A DNA stretch of 64,000 nt, from NCBI GenBank assembly GCA_051313645.2, contig JBNRSN020000007.1, positions 255,006,001-255,070,000 of the forward strand, given 5' to 3'. The notes under the pieces are model-generated. The model worked only from the letters and a program-made list of their open reading frames with translations, was not told the DNA's origin and made no database searches. A program made the position numbers and the translations under genes. Of this stretch, positions 1 to 10,231 are shown piece by piece; position 1 is the first letter of the stretch, and each line of letters begins with the position of its first letter. This DNA comes from Centroscyllium fabricii (Eukaryota).

Positions 1-3000
1 TAGTGCTGATGTAAACTGGGGTCCTCTGTCGGAGGTGATGTCGGTGGGCACGCCGAAGCGGGCGATCCAGGTGGTGATGAATGCCCTGGCGAAGTCCGTG
101 GTGCCAGTGGCAGCGAGGGGGACCGCTTCTGGCCAGCGAGTGTTGCGGTCGACCATGGTCATTACATGCGTGTGGCCCCGGGATGGCGGTAGTGGCCCGA
201 CAAGATCGATATGGACGTGGTCAAAGCGTCTGGCCGGCACTGTAAACGTTTCCAGCGGTGCCCTGATGTGCTTATGCACTTTGGAGCGCTGGCAGGCAAT
301 GCAGGAGTTGGCCCAGGCGCGGATGTCTTTGCGCAGGCCGCGCCATACGAGCCGGGCCGAGATTAGTCTAATCGACGCACGGGTGCTGGGGTGGGACAGG
401 TCATGGAGGGTCTTGAAAATGTGTCGCCTCCATGCGTGGGGGACGACGGGCCTGGGCTGCGGCAGGGACACGTCGCAGCAGACGACGGTGGCAGCGGGGC
501 CGTGTGCGATCTTGGCCAAGTGGAGGCCGGGGAGGTTTGCTGCGGGGTTGAGCAGGTCAGGGTCGGCTAGCTGGTCTGCTGCCAGCTGGGCGTAATCGGC
601 CGCCATTTGGGCGGCGTTAATAGTGGGGCGTGAGAGGCAGTCAGCGACCACGTTGTCGCGGCCGGAAATGTGTTGAATGTCGGTCGTAAATTCCGACACG
701 GCCGCGAGCTGGCGCTGCTGCCTGGCCGACCAGGGTTCGGCGACCTTAGCCATCGCGAAGGTGAGTGGCTTATGGTCGACGAAGGCTGTGAAGTGGCGGC
801 CCTCCAGGAGGAAGCGAAAATGTCGCACTGCCAGATGGAGAGCGAGGAGCTCCCTATCGAAGGCGCTGTACTTGACCTCTGGGGGACGGAGCTGCCGGCT
901 GAAAAAGGCCAGTGGCTGCCACGAGTTGCCGGTCCACTGCTCAAATACGGCCCCGACAGCGTGGTCGGAGGCGTCAGTGGTGAGGGCTACTCTGGCGTTG
1001 GGCCTAGGGTGGGCTAGGAGGGTGGCGTTAGCCAGGGCGGTTTTGGTTACGGTGAAGGCGGTGTCGGCGTCGGCCGTCCACTCTATCGCAGTTTTGCCGG
1101 GTTGCCCGCGTGTGGCCTGGTATAAGGGGGCCATGAGAGCGGCTGCTCCCGGGATAAAGCGGTTGTAAAAATTGACCATCCCCAGAAATTCCTGCAGCCC
1201 CTTAATGGAGTGCGGGCGGGGAAATTCCTGGACCGCCTGCACCTTGGAGGGCAGGGGTATGGCCCCGGTTTGGGAAATGCGGTGGCCGAGGAAGTCAATG
1301 GTTTGGAGGCCGAATTTACACTTAGTGGGGCTTAATATAAGGCCATGTTCGACCAGGCGCTGGAACAGGGTCCTGAGGTGCAGGAGGTGTTCCTGGGGGG
1401 AGGTGCTGGCCACGAGGATGTCGTCCAGGTAGACGAAAATGAATGTCAAGTCCCGTAGGACCGAGTCCATGAGGCGCTGGAAGGCCTGGGCCGCGTTTTT
1501 AAGGCCGAAGGGCATCCTGAGAAACTCGAAGAGTCCAAAGGGAGTGATGACGGCCGATTTGGGAATGTCCGCCGGGTGCACCGGGACCTGGTGGTAGCCA
1601 CGCACCAGGTCGATCTTGGAGAAGATCGTGCAGCCCGCTAGTCTGGCGGAGAAATCCTGGATGTGGGGTACGGGGTACCTATCCGGGGTGGTGGCGTTGT
1701 TAAAGCGGCGGTAGTCGCCGCAGGGGCGCCAACCCCCGCCCAGCTTGGGGGCTATGTGGAGAGGAGAGGTCCAGGGGCTGTTGGAGCGGCGGATAATACC
1801 GAGTTGCTCCATAGTGCGCAACTCGGTGCGCGCGATCTCCTGTTTGGCCGGGTCGAGCCTGCGGGCGTGGGCATGGACGGGAGGGCCGGTGGTGGTTATA
1901 AAATGCTCTACCCCGTGTTTGGCCCGGCGGGCGGTGAACGTGGGGTTGGTTAGGGTAGGGAACACTGCTAAGAGTGTGCCGTAGGCGTCGGAGTTCCGAG
2001 AGCGGCATTGGGCGGCCGCGTAGGCCAGGAGTGCGGGCCCTGTGGAGCATGGGATGGTCGACATGTTATTGATGTCGACCAAGCAGCGCCGGGTCATGTC
2101 GACCAGCAGGCCGTGGGCGCAGAGGAAATCTGCCCCGAGGAGGGGTGAAGTGACCTGGGCTGTAACAAAGTCCCAGTTATACGTGTGGCCTGCAAGTCTA
2201 ATCGTGAGCTTGCGGGTGCCGTACGTTTTAATATTGGAGCCGTTGGCCGCTGCGAGTGGCAGGCCCCGGGTGCCTTGTTTGGCTTCTGCAGGGGAGGCTG
2301 GCACGATGCTGTGCTGTGCGCCTGTGTCGCAGAGGAACCTGAGGCCTGTGCCGCTGTCTGTGACAAGGAGCAGTGCTCCTGTGTGTCCTACAGACATAGT
2401 GGGGGCTGGGGTGGGCCGTGGCATAAATGCGCATGGCTGGACGTAGCGGTGCGCTTTATTATCGAACCGCGTGTGGTAGTAGCACCAGCTGGTGCTAGAG
2501 GGACGCGGTTGCCTGGGTGGGCACGGGGCCCTAGGTTCAGGCATGAGGTTGGGCCTGGGGGGCGAGTGGTTGCGCTCAATAGATGCGGCGTTAGGGTCGC
2601 ACGTGGTTGAGCGGGTGCGCTCTGCCGCCATGAGCCTGTCGGCTTCCTCAGCGAGCTCGTCGTCGCTCCGCTGGCCAAGGGCCGCCAGGGCCGGCCTGAT
2701 GGCGCGGGGTAGTTTGAGGAGGAAAACGGTGCGGAACAGGGAGGCGGGATTGGCGGTGAGCGCTTGCATCTGACCCAAAAGGTCTGATGGGTCTGCGTCC
2801 CCGAGTTCGGGGAGGTTAAGGAGCTGGCAGTCGCGCTCGAATTGAGAGGGGGTAAAAAATGTTATGAGCGCGGCCTTGAGGGACTCGTACCTGCCTGTAG
2901 TGGGCACACGCTGTAGTTTGGACCACATCCGATCGATCGTCGATTGCGGTAGGGCTGAGAAGACCAGGTCGTAGCGGTCGTCCCCCTGGATGCCATGTGT

Positions 3001-3135
3001 GCGGCAGCTGGTTTCAATACACATAAACCAGGCTGCTGGCCGTTGTTCCCAGAACTCTGGCAGGGTAAGTCTGTGCCCGAAGTTCTGGCCAAGTCCTTGG
3101 GTTCGTGGAGCTTGGTTCCTTGCTCTTGCAGCCAT
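1..3135 (-). CDS. Gypsy/Ty3 (CsRn1-like) LTR retrotransposon gag-pol polyprotein, running off the left edge inside integrase
   Basis: ATG at 3135 opens a frame reading LPEFWEQRPAAWF (gag), a CHCC-type knuckle (2431-2484), protease FLCDTGA (~2320-2335), RT WRPCGDYRRFN and YLDD (1420-1431), RNase H, integrase H-H-C-C, HVHIDLVGPL and SDRGPQF at the edge. The ORF track lists no stop-terminated ORF in this frame, consistent with it being open to position 1. Confidence 0.93.
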   Translation of the reverse strand, partial: MAARARNQAPRTQGLGQNFGHRLTLPEFWEQRPAAWFMCIETSCRTHGIQGDDRYDLVFSALPQSTIDRMWSKLQRVPTTGRYESLKAALITFFTPSQFERDCQLLNLPELGDADPSDLLGQMQALTANPASLFRTVFLLKLPRAIRPALAALGQRSDDELAEEADRLMAAERTRSTTCDPNAASIERNHSPPRPNLMPEPRAPCPPRQPRPSSTSWCYYHTRFDNKAHRYVQPCAFMPRPTPAPTMSVGHTGALLLVTDSGTGLRFLCDTGAQHSIVPASPAEAKQGTRGLPLAAANGSNIKTYGTRKLTIRLAGHTYNWDFVTAQVTSPLLGADFLCAHGLLVDMTRRCLVDINNMSTIPCSTGPALLAYAAAQCRSRNSDAYGTLLAVFPTLTNPTFTARRAKHGVEHFITTTGPPVHAHARRLDPAKQEIARTELRTMEQLGIIRRSNSPWTSPLHIAPKLGGGWRPCGDYRRFNNATTPDRYPVPHIQDFSARLAGCTIFSKIDLVRGYHQVPVHPADIPKSAVITPFGLFEFLRMPFGLKNAAQAFQRLMDSVLRDLTFIFVYLDDILVASTSPQEHLLHLRTLFQRLVEHGLILSPTKCKFGLQTIDFLGHRISQTGAIPLPSKVQAVQEFPRPHSIKGLQEFLGMVNFYNRFIPGAAALMAPLYQATRGQPGKTAIEWTADADTAFTVTKTALANATLLAHPRPNARVALTTDASDHAVGAVFEQWTGNSWQPLAFFSRQLRPPEVKYSAFDRELLALHLAVRHFRFLLEGRHFTAFVDHKPLTFAMAKVAEPWSARQQRQLAAVSEFTTDIQHISGRDNVVADCLSRPTINAAQMAADYAQLAADQLADPDLLNPAANLPGLHLAKIAHGPAATVVCCDVSLPQPRPVVPHAWRRHIFKTLHDLSHPSTRASIRLISARLVWRGLRKDIRAWANSCIACQRSKVHKHIRAPLETFTVPARRFDHVHIDLVGPLPPSRGHTHVMTMVDRNTRWPEAVPLAATGTTDFARAFITTWIARFGVPTDITSDRGPQFTSAL

Positions 3136-3213
3136 GTTTTCCCTTTTAAAGTGTCCTTAGGCTGGTGATCCTTGATCCTGCGGCAGCTTTTTTTCTTTGG
3201 AAGTCGTTCCAAT

Positions 3214-3225
3214 TCGGGGTCACCA
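3214..3225 (-). promoter_or_regulatory. Primer binding site of the Gypsy element (tRNA-Trp type)
   Basis: Minus strand reads TGGTGACCCCGA one base after the LTR end. This is complementary to the 3' end of vertebrate tRNA-Trp (…UCGGGGUCACCA), as expected for the CsRn1 lineage. Confidence 0.85.
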
Positions 3226-3226
3226 C

Positions 3227-3464
3227 TGTAGCGCCAGCAAGGCCTAGAAACCACGCGTGAGCCAGAGAAAACACTTGTTTAATGCATTACAGTTACACAG
3301 GAAGAGAGTGAACCACTCGAAGCAGGCTTATTTAAACTGCCCGCCGTTGGTGACGTCATCACGCCGGAAGTCGTGGTGACGTCATCGCGTCACCCGGATG
3401 AGCGGGGCTATGCCCCGCAGTGTTCCCGTGGCGGATTCGGTGTCCTAGTGGGCGTGCCACCACA
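3227..3464 (-). mobile_element. 5' LTR (238 bp) of the Gypsy element
   Basis: Minus-strand termini TGTGG…CTACA, followed directly by the PBS. Contains a TATA-like TTTAAATAAG and an ATTAAA. CR1 coding sequence ([11 protein letters not shown]) resumes at 3465. Confidence 0.85.
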
Positions 3465-4740
3465 AAATCGTGTTTAACTAATCTATTGGAATTCTTTGAG
3501 GAAGTAACTCGGAAAATAGATGGGGGACAGACAGTAGATGTGGTGTACCTTGACTTCCAGAAAGCCTTCGATAAGGTTCCACATAAAAGATTAGCATGTA
3601 AAATTAAGGCTCATGGGATTGGGGGCAGTTTTGATGTGGATAGAGAACTGGTTGGCAGATAGAAAACAGAGAGTTGGAATTAACGGCTCATTTTCTGAGT
3701 GGCAGCCGGTGACTAGTGGGGTACCGCAGGGGTCTGTCCTGGGACCCCAGCTGTTTACAATATATATTAATGATCTGGATCAGGGAATTGAATGTAATAT
3801 CTCCAAATTCGCGGATGACACCAAACTAGGAGGGGGGGCGGGCTCTGAAGAGGGTGTCGGGAAGTTACAGGGCGATTTGGATAAGTTGGGGGACTGGGCA
3901 GATAGATGGCAGATGCACCATAATGTGGCTAAATGTGAGGTTATCCACTTTGGGGGCAAAAACAGGAGGGTAGATTATTACTTAAATGGCAATAGATTGG
4001 GAGATGGGGAGGTGCAAAGAGACCTCGGTGTTCTTGTGCACCAGTCGCTGAAGGCGAGCACGCAGATGCAGCAGGCGGTTAGGAAGGCAAATGGTGTGTT
4101 GGCCTTCATATCAAGAGGGTTCGAGTATAGGAATAAGGATACCTTACTACAGCTGTACAAGGCACTGGTGAGACCACACCTCGAGTATTGTGTACAGTTC
4201 TGGTCGCCTCGCCTGAGGAAGGATGTTCTTGCCATGGAGGGAGTGCAGCGGCGTTTCACCAGGCTGATTCCTGGAATGGCAGGAATGATCTACGAGGAGA
4301 GATTATGTAGTCTGGGCTTGTACTCGTTGGAGTTTAGAAGATTGAGAGGCGATCTCATTGAGACGTATAAAATTCTGAAAGGTCTGGACAGGTTAGATTC
4401 AGAGAGAATGTTTCCAATGGCGGGGGAGTCCAGAACCAGGGGCCACGGTCTAAGAATAAGGGGTAAACCATTTAGGACAGACATGAGGAAGAATTTCTTC
4501 ACTCGGAGAGTGGTGGGCCTGTGGAATTCCTTGCCACAGAGGGGGGTGGAGGCCAGTTCATTAAACATATTCAAGGTGGAATTGGATATATTTCTTCAAG
4601 CTAAAGGGATTAAAGGTTACGGAGAAAAGGCGGGGACGGGGTACTAGCTTGCTAAAGATCAGCCATGATCTCATTGAATGGCGGAGCAGGCTCGAAGGGC
4701 TGAATGGCCTACTCCTGCTCCTATCTTCTATGATTCTATG
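3465..4740 (+). mobile_element. CR1 LINE, 3' part of ORF2 (RT) plus 3' UTR; host of the Gypsy insertion
   Basis: [49 protein letters not shown]. One frameshift near 3625. Ends in a CTATGATT-type tail. Confidence 0.95.
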
Positions 4741-5027
4741 TAAATACAAGTTTTTTTCTCCCTTACTGGACCAGCAACTGCTATCGTTACCCTCGGCTTT
4801 AAGCTCACTAATAAAATTACTTTCCCATCAATCTTAGCGGAAATCTTGTGCTGACAATTTCCAATGCTTGGGTCTTAAGCATTTGAGGGTAACTCCAAAG
4901 TAAACTTCTCAGATTCACTAAGGCCAGTTGCTGGTAAAAACATGTCTTCCTGGCTGGCAGCCTTAAAAACGATAATATTATAGAATTCTTCATTAAGATG
5001 GAGAGTGAAGTAGTTGATTCAAAGACT

Positions 5028-5240
5028 AGGGGGGATAAATTCGGTGGCTTGCGCCTGCCGTTAGCACCCTCAGGCGCTAACGGGGCGCAAAGCACTTAGC
5101 GCCTGGGCTGACGCTTCCCGCGATATTCAGTGGGGCGCTGACGTGGGCGGTAGCCCCACTGAATATTAGCCACTGTTCGTCACCGGGGATGACGTCAGAA
5201 GAGCGTGCAGCGACCCTCTCGCGCCCAGAAGCGAAATTGA
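5028..5240. mobile_element. GC-rich non-autonomous DNA element fragment (related to 38210-38890)
   Basis: Starts GGGGGATAAATT and shares GGCGCTAACGGGGCG-type motifs with the 38210-38890 element. Confidence 0.45.
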
Positions 5241-5244
5241 GTGA

Positions 5245-5636
5245 AAATGGAGTTTAGAAGAATGAGAGGGGATATCATTGAAATGTATAAAATTCTAATA
5301 GGACTAGATGCAGGAAGGATGTTCCTGATGGCCAGGGAGTCCAGAACCAGGGGTCACAGTCTAAGGATAAGGGGTAAGCCATTTAGGACAGAGATGAGGA
5401 GGAATTTCTTCACCCAGAGAGTGGTGAACCTGTGGAATTCTCTACCACAGAAGGCAGTAGAGGCCAATTCATTAAATATATTCAAGAAGGAGTTAGATAT
5501 ATTCCTTAAGGCTAAAGGGATCAAGGGATATGGAGAGAAGGCAGGGACAGGGTACTGAGTTTGGATGATCAGCCATGATCTCATTGAATGGCGGAGAAGG
5601 CTCGAGGGGCCAAATGACCGACTCCTATCTTCTATG
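5245..5636 (+). mobile_element. CR1 LINE 3' fragment
   Basis: EFRRMRGD…RNFFTQRVVNLWNSLP…GYGEKAGTGY* plus the CR1 3' UTR. Confidence 0.93.
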
Positions 5637-6312
5637 TAACTCTGGTTGGTTTATTTGCAGGTGACCACTGGGTGTATCCAGGAGCCAGTCACGGAAGACC
5701 GAACATGAAGGCAGCTTACGAGCGTGTGTTTATAGCAGCTTTACATAATTACGAATGAAGAAAAGAATTTCAATGTCTATTTCTATATTGAGGCACAAGT
5801 TTAAGATACTATTTAACTAAAATGGTCTAAATGGATGGGTTTCACCCTGCTGTATTTATAATTACAACTTTGCAGTTATTGATTTAAAAAACAGTTGATA
5901 AAACATAACTGTTTATTTCTTAATTTAGTGTTTATACTGTACTCTAAAGGTGGTATTGTCAATTGGGTATCTTTACACCCGACACATTAGAAAATGCACG
6001 TAAAATGTCAGCAAAATAAAAATGTATTTTAGGAATCTTTGCTAAGCCGCCTGCTGATTAACAGGCCTCTGTGCCAGAGACAGGTTTAACACAATTTATT
6101 CAAACTCCTTAAAAAAATGATTCTCTGTTATTAAGAGGTTAATGTGTTTCAAAAACATTACTTGGAGTCCCAACCGTTACCAAAATAACAGGAACACCGC
6201 ACTATTTAGAAGAGGCAGCTTGCGGGTTGCTATGGTGACATCATCTGGATGAGTTCATTTCCTAAGGAAAGACTCAGCCGTATCTTTGTGCCTTTATTTC
6301 TGTTTTTTTCAG

Positions 6313-6468
6313 TTGAAAGACACTTTGGATCGTGTTCAGAAATGTGCTGAAGCCCTGCGCTTGTTGACTGAGGCACATGAAACAATCCCTTTGTTGCGAA
6401 GCCCCATTTCCAACAGCAGCAGTAATTGCATCATACACAACACAACACACACAAGCAGCCTTCATTAA
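6313..6468 (+). CDS. Candidate terminal exon of an unidentified convergent gene
   Basis: Long polypyrimidine tract and TTTCAG acceptor at 6311-6312. Phase-0 reading LKDTLDRVQKCAEALRLLTEAHE…SSLH*. No family recognised. Confidence 0.25.
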   Translation: MKDTLDRVQKCAEALRLLTEAHETIPLLRSPISNSSSNCIIHNTTHTSSLH

Positions 6469-7318
6469 AAAAAAAAGTGCTTTATTCTGAGATTTCTGAA
6501 AGCATTTCAGTTAACGTGGCAATTTCCATTTCAAATCACAAGATCCATTTCCAGGGCCACCATTTTACGTGAAGCCCGAGTAAAATTCTGCTTTTATTTC
6601 ACAGAATTGCCTAGTTTTCTCTGGTTATATGTAGGCCCATTGGTTGGTGTTGACGAAATAAGTCATCACATTTTTATTACTTAGAATTAGGAGATTTTCT
6701 GAGATTGTCTGAGATTGTTTTTTTTAATAAGTGTTTTGCCAAACTGGTATATCAATAGCAAGCAAATAAAAGAATCGGGGGGCTGGGTAGTGGCTTACCT
6801 TGCAAACGGGTGAAAAGGCACCTCTGCTGGACTTTCCATTGGTTTTGGTGTAACAAGAGGGAAGCACAAAGAGCAATCTTGTTATAAAACAAGCCAGTAC
6901 TCAGTTAAATTTCCTGGCTCTACTTTCAGCCTGCTGACTAAGTGAGCTGTGGTGATGGAACCATTTGGTGTTAGACAGGGCATTGCTCAGATCCCAGTTG
7001 ATTTTTGACTTCCTAGAGCCACAATTCATTTAGATCAGAAAATAATGGTGACTAACAATCAGCCTGCCACTGTACTGAGAAACATCTAAAAATATATTTT
7101 AGGAGGGGCAATGGCAAATGATGCAATCGTAATTAAAATGAGTATGGAATATTTACAGTATCCAATATTTTAAGGATAGCAACACATTAGGGGTGAGCAA
7201 AAGGTTTGTATTTTGGAAACCCCCCTTTAAAAGGGCATTTCCTATCCACAGATTCAGTGAGACCATTAATTTCTGGAAGAGAAACTGCAGCAAGAAACAT
7301 CCGAATCCTGCTAACAGA

Positions 7319-8103
7319 ACACGGTGGCATAGTGGTTAGCACTGTTACCTCACAGCGCCAGGGGCCCCGAGTTCAAATCCAGCCTCAGGTACTACTGTGT
7401 GGAGTTTGCACATTCTCCCCGTGTCTGCGTGGGTTTCCTCCGGGTGCTCCGGTTTCCTCCCACAGTCCAAAGATGTGCGGGTTAGGTTGATTGGCCATGA
7501 TAAATTGACCTTTAGTGTTAGGGGGATTGAATATAGAAACATAGAAGATAGGAGCAGGAGTAGGCGATTCGGCCCTTCGAGCCTTCAATGAGATCATGAC
7601 TGATCATCCAAACCCAGCATCCCGTCCCTGCCTTGTCCCCATATCACTCGATCCCTATCGAGCCTGCACCGACACATATCCCACCCTATCCCCGTAACCC
7701 CACATACTCAATCCCCCTAACACTAAGGGTCAATTTATCCTGGCCAATCAACCTAACCCGCACATCTTTGGACTGTGGGAGGAAACCGGAGCAGCCGGAG
7801 GAAACCCACGCAGACACGGGGAGAATGTGCAAACTCCACACAGATAGTACCCGAGGCTGGATTTGAACCCGGGTCTCTAGTGCTGTAAGGCAACAGTGCT
7901 AACCACTATGCCACCGTGCCGCCCATGTGGGGTTACGGGGATAGGGTGGGATATGTGTCGGTGCAGGCTCGATAGGGATATGGGGACATGGCAGGGACAG
8001 GGTGCTGGGTTTGGATGACCAGCCATGATCTCATTGAATGGCGGAGCAGGCTCGAAGGGCCGAATGGCCTACTCGTGCTCCTATCTTCTGTTTCTATATT
8101 TCT
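7319..8103 (+). mobile_element. HE1-like tRNA-derived V-SINE, split by a second copy inserted in the opposite orientation
   Basis: A/B-box head (TGGCATAGTGG…GTTCAAATCC), V-domain GTGTGGAGTTTGCACATTCTCCCCGTG, CR1-derived tail. Interrupted after GGGATTGAATAT (7534) and resumes ATGTGGGGTTAC (7925). Confidence 0.88.
7535..7924 (-). mobile_element. HE1-like SINE, full-length inner copy
   Basis: Reverse complement of the same head, V-domain and CR1-like tail. Confidence 0.9.
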
Positions 8104-8170
8104 AACACAGGCTTCATAAATGTGTGGAGAAAAAATTTCAGCATTCCTAATAATAAAAAAATCTTTTCAT

Positions 8171-8209
8171 AAAAACAAAACACTTGATTTTCAACAGGAA
8201 TATTTTATT
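8171..8209 (-). terminator. Probable poly(A) signal of MTCL2
   Basis: Minus-strand AATAAA (plus TTTATT 8204-8209) with a GU-rich element GTGTTTTGTTTTT (8171-8183) about 20-30 nt downstream. It closes 2 kb of AT-rich, repeat-free, UTR-like sequence. Confidence 0.55.
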
Positions 8210-10231
8210 AAGAAAACACATTACATTGGTACAAGTTCTTGTACTGTGAACTCCTTGAATTGAGCAACCTTTCCTTTATGTAACCAGAAATATCTATGGT
8301 TATAAAGCAGCTGCCTTCAAATTCTGCTCCAAAATATCCAGATTTAAAGGTTTATAATCTTTTTAAAGAATGCGTCTTCGATGTTTTCCCAAGACATCAA
8401 AATAACATTATCCACAAATTTCACAGAGAACACAACAATTAATACATAAGAAACAAATTGTAAACACGTCATTGTTATGTTGCACGGTTTTCTTGAAATT
8501 ACAGCAATATGTTTAAATTAATTTTAACTTGTTTCTGCAAACAAGCCTCATTCTGTTTGAAATTTACAGGCAGTTTAAATAATTTACCACAAATTGACAT
8601 GTCTTGGAAATCACAGTAGCTTCGAATTAACCATATTGCTTGGTTGAATGTTGTTTCAAGGAGATGACAGGTACTGTGGACATGGCGCAAGCAAAAACAT
8701 GCAGGTGAAGTATTATGCCATCGTACAAAGACTGTTAAACTCTGGCATAGCCAGAATGACCTTTGGGTGGGCCTTTAAATCATTTTCAGGTACAATTCAT
8801 TGAGTTCTTTTTGGCATTTCTTTAGAACCAATTACAATGACACCTCCACAATTATAACAAATATTAATTAGTTGTCCTTTTGGGGTAAACACTGCTACAA
8901 ACAAGAGCTCCATACAAACCTTTACTCCATTTTTTTTTCAACATATACAGAAATCTTAAGCTCTTAAAACGGTTCAAAAAGTCACAGTTTTGTACTATAC
9001 AGTTTAAAAAAAATACAGAATTTTGTGCATAGAATGTAAACTCAGAAAAAATGTATAGAAAAGAGCATTTCATATTCCCCAGCAAATGCTAAATAAAGCA
9101 AAAATAATTGGTACATATTTCTATAATGGTTTCCAATAATTTAGAGTTTGAAAACTGTCCACCCAAAAGCCAGTGTGTCTATGCCAACACTCGGTCCTTT
9201 ATCTCCCCTGCATTCTCTAACGCATAAACTAAGTACAAATACCTAGATATATGTTTTTCTTCAGTTATTATACACAATTTATTTTTCTATGAACAGTATA
9301 AATAATTAAAAGGCATTTTCATATGCTGAACTTTTTATATTAAAAGGTCACCTAAAAACAAACATTTAAAAATCTAGTATTACATTACAAAAATTAAAAA
9401 ATACTAATGTTAAAAAACTTAAATATATCAAGGATTGAAAATGACCATCAGATATTTGGGGGTTTAAATAGTTTTCATATATACACACGACAAAGACGTA
9501 AAAAACGATGAAGCTTATAAAACTGATATACATTAATAACTTTTGTCAAGTAAAGCATGGAAAGAGCAGGTAACTCAATGTTGTCTCACTGCTTTGAGAA
9601 GAGCATTTGTAACTACACCCTTCTCACCTTAGTCACTTAAATCACAGCTCTATAAATCCAACAATATTCCTGACTACGTGCAGTCACGGGACAATTAAAG
9701 TATAATCTAAATCTGATACATGGTATATGCAAAATGCGACAGATTGATTGCTAAAGGCTGATTTAATCGGGTGAAATTGTCTTAAAATGCAGTGGTTGTC
9801 AAAAGTAACTGCCTTTTTATTTCCCTAAACTTTGAACCAAAACTCCAAAATAAACTGAACAAAATGAGAGCCTTCCCTGTGTGACGATGTAGAAATACAA
9901 TCTTTCATGGATGCAGCATCCAACTGAAACGATGGCCTTTGATTTATTAGTGAACATCTGGTGAACAGTGGTAAAGTCCATGTTCTACTCATGCTTGACA
10001 TTTTTAATATCTAATGCATCGACTGTAACTAGACTAGACAATGCCAAGTCTCTCAAATTATATGAAATAACACATAATTAAATCACTTCCCTCAGAAGAC
10101 GATGATGTAGAAAGCAAACAGTTAAGAGTATGTTCACCACCAGTTGCATTAAAAAAGATATCAAAAGGAAAAAGTAAAGTGACTAACCTTAACCATAACA
10201 CTATCTGGGCATTACTTACCTACACTGGCAG

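Noticed and set aside
35-2773. Many plus-strand and off-frame ORFs over the Gypsy element
   Set aside because: Antisense or alternate-frame shadows of a GC-rich gag-pol; the recognisable domains are all in one minus-strand frame.
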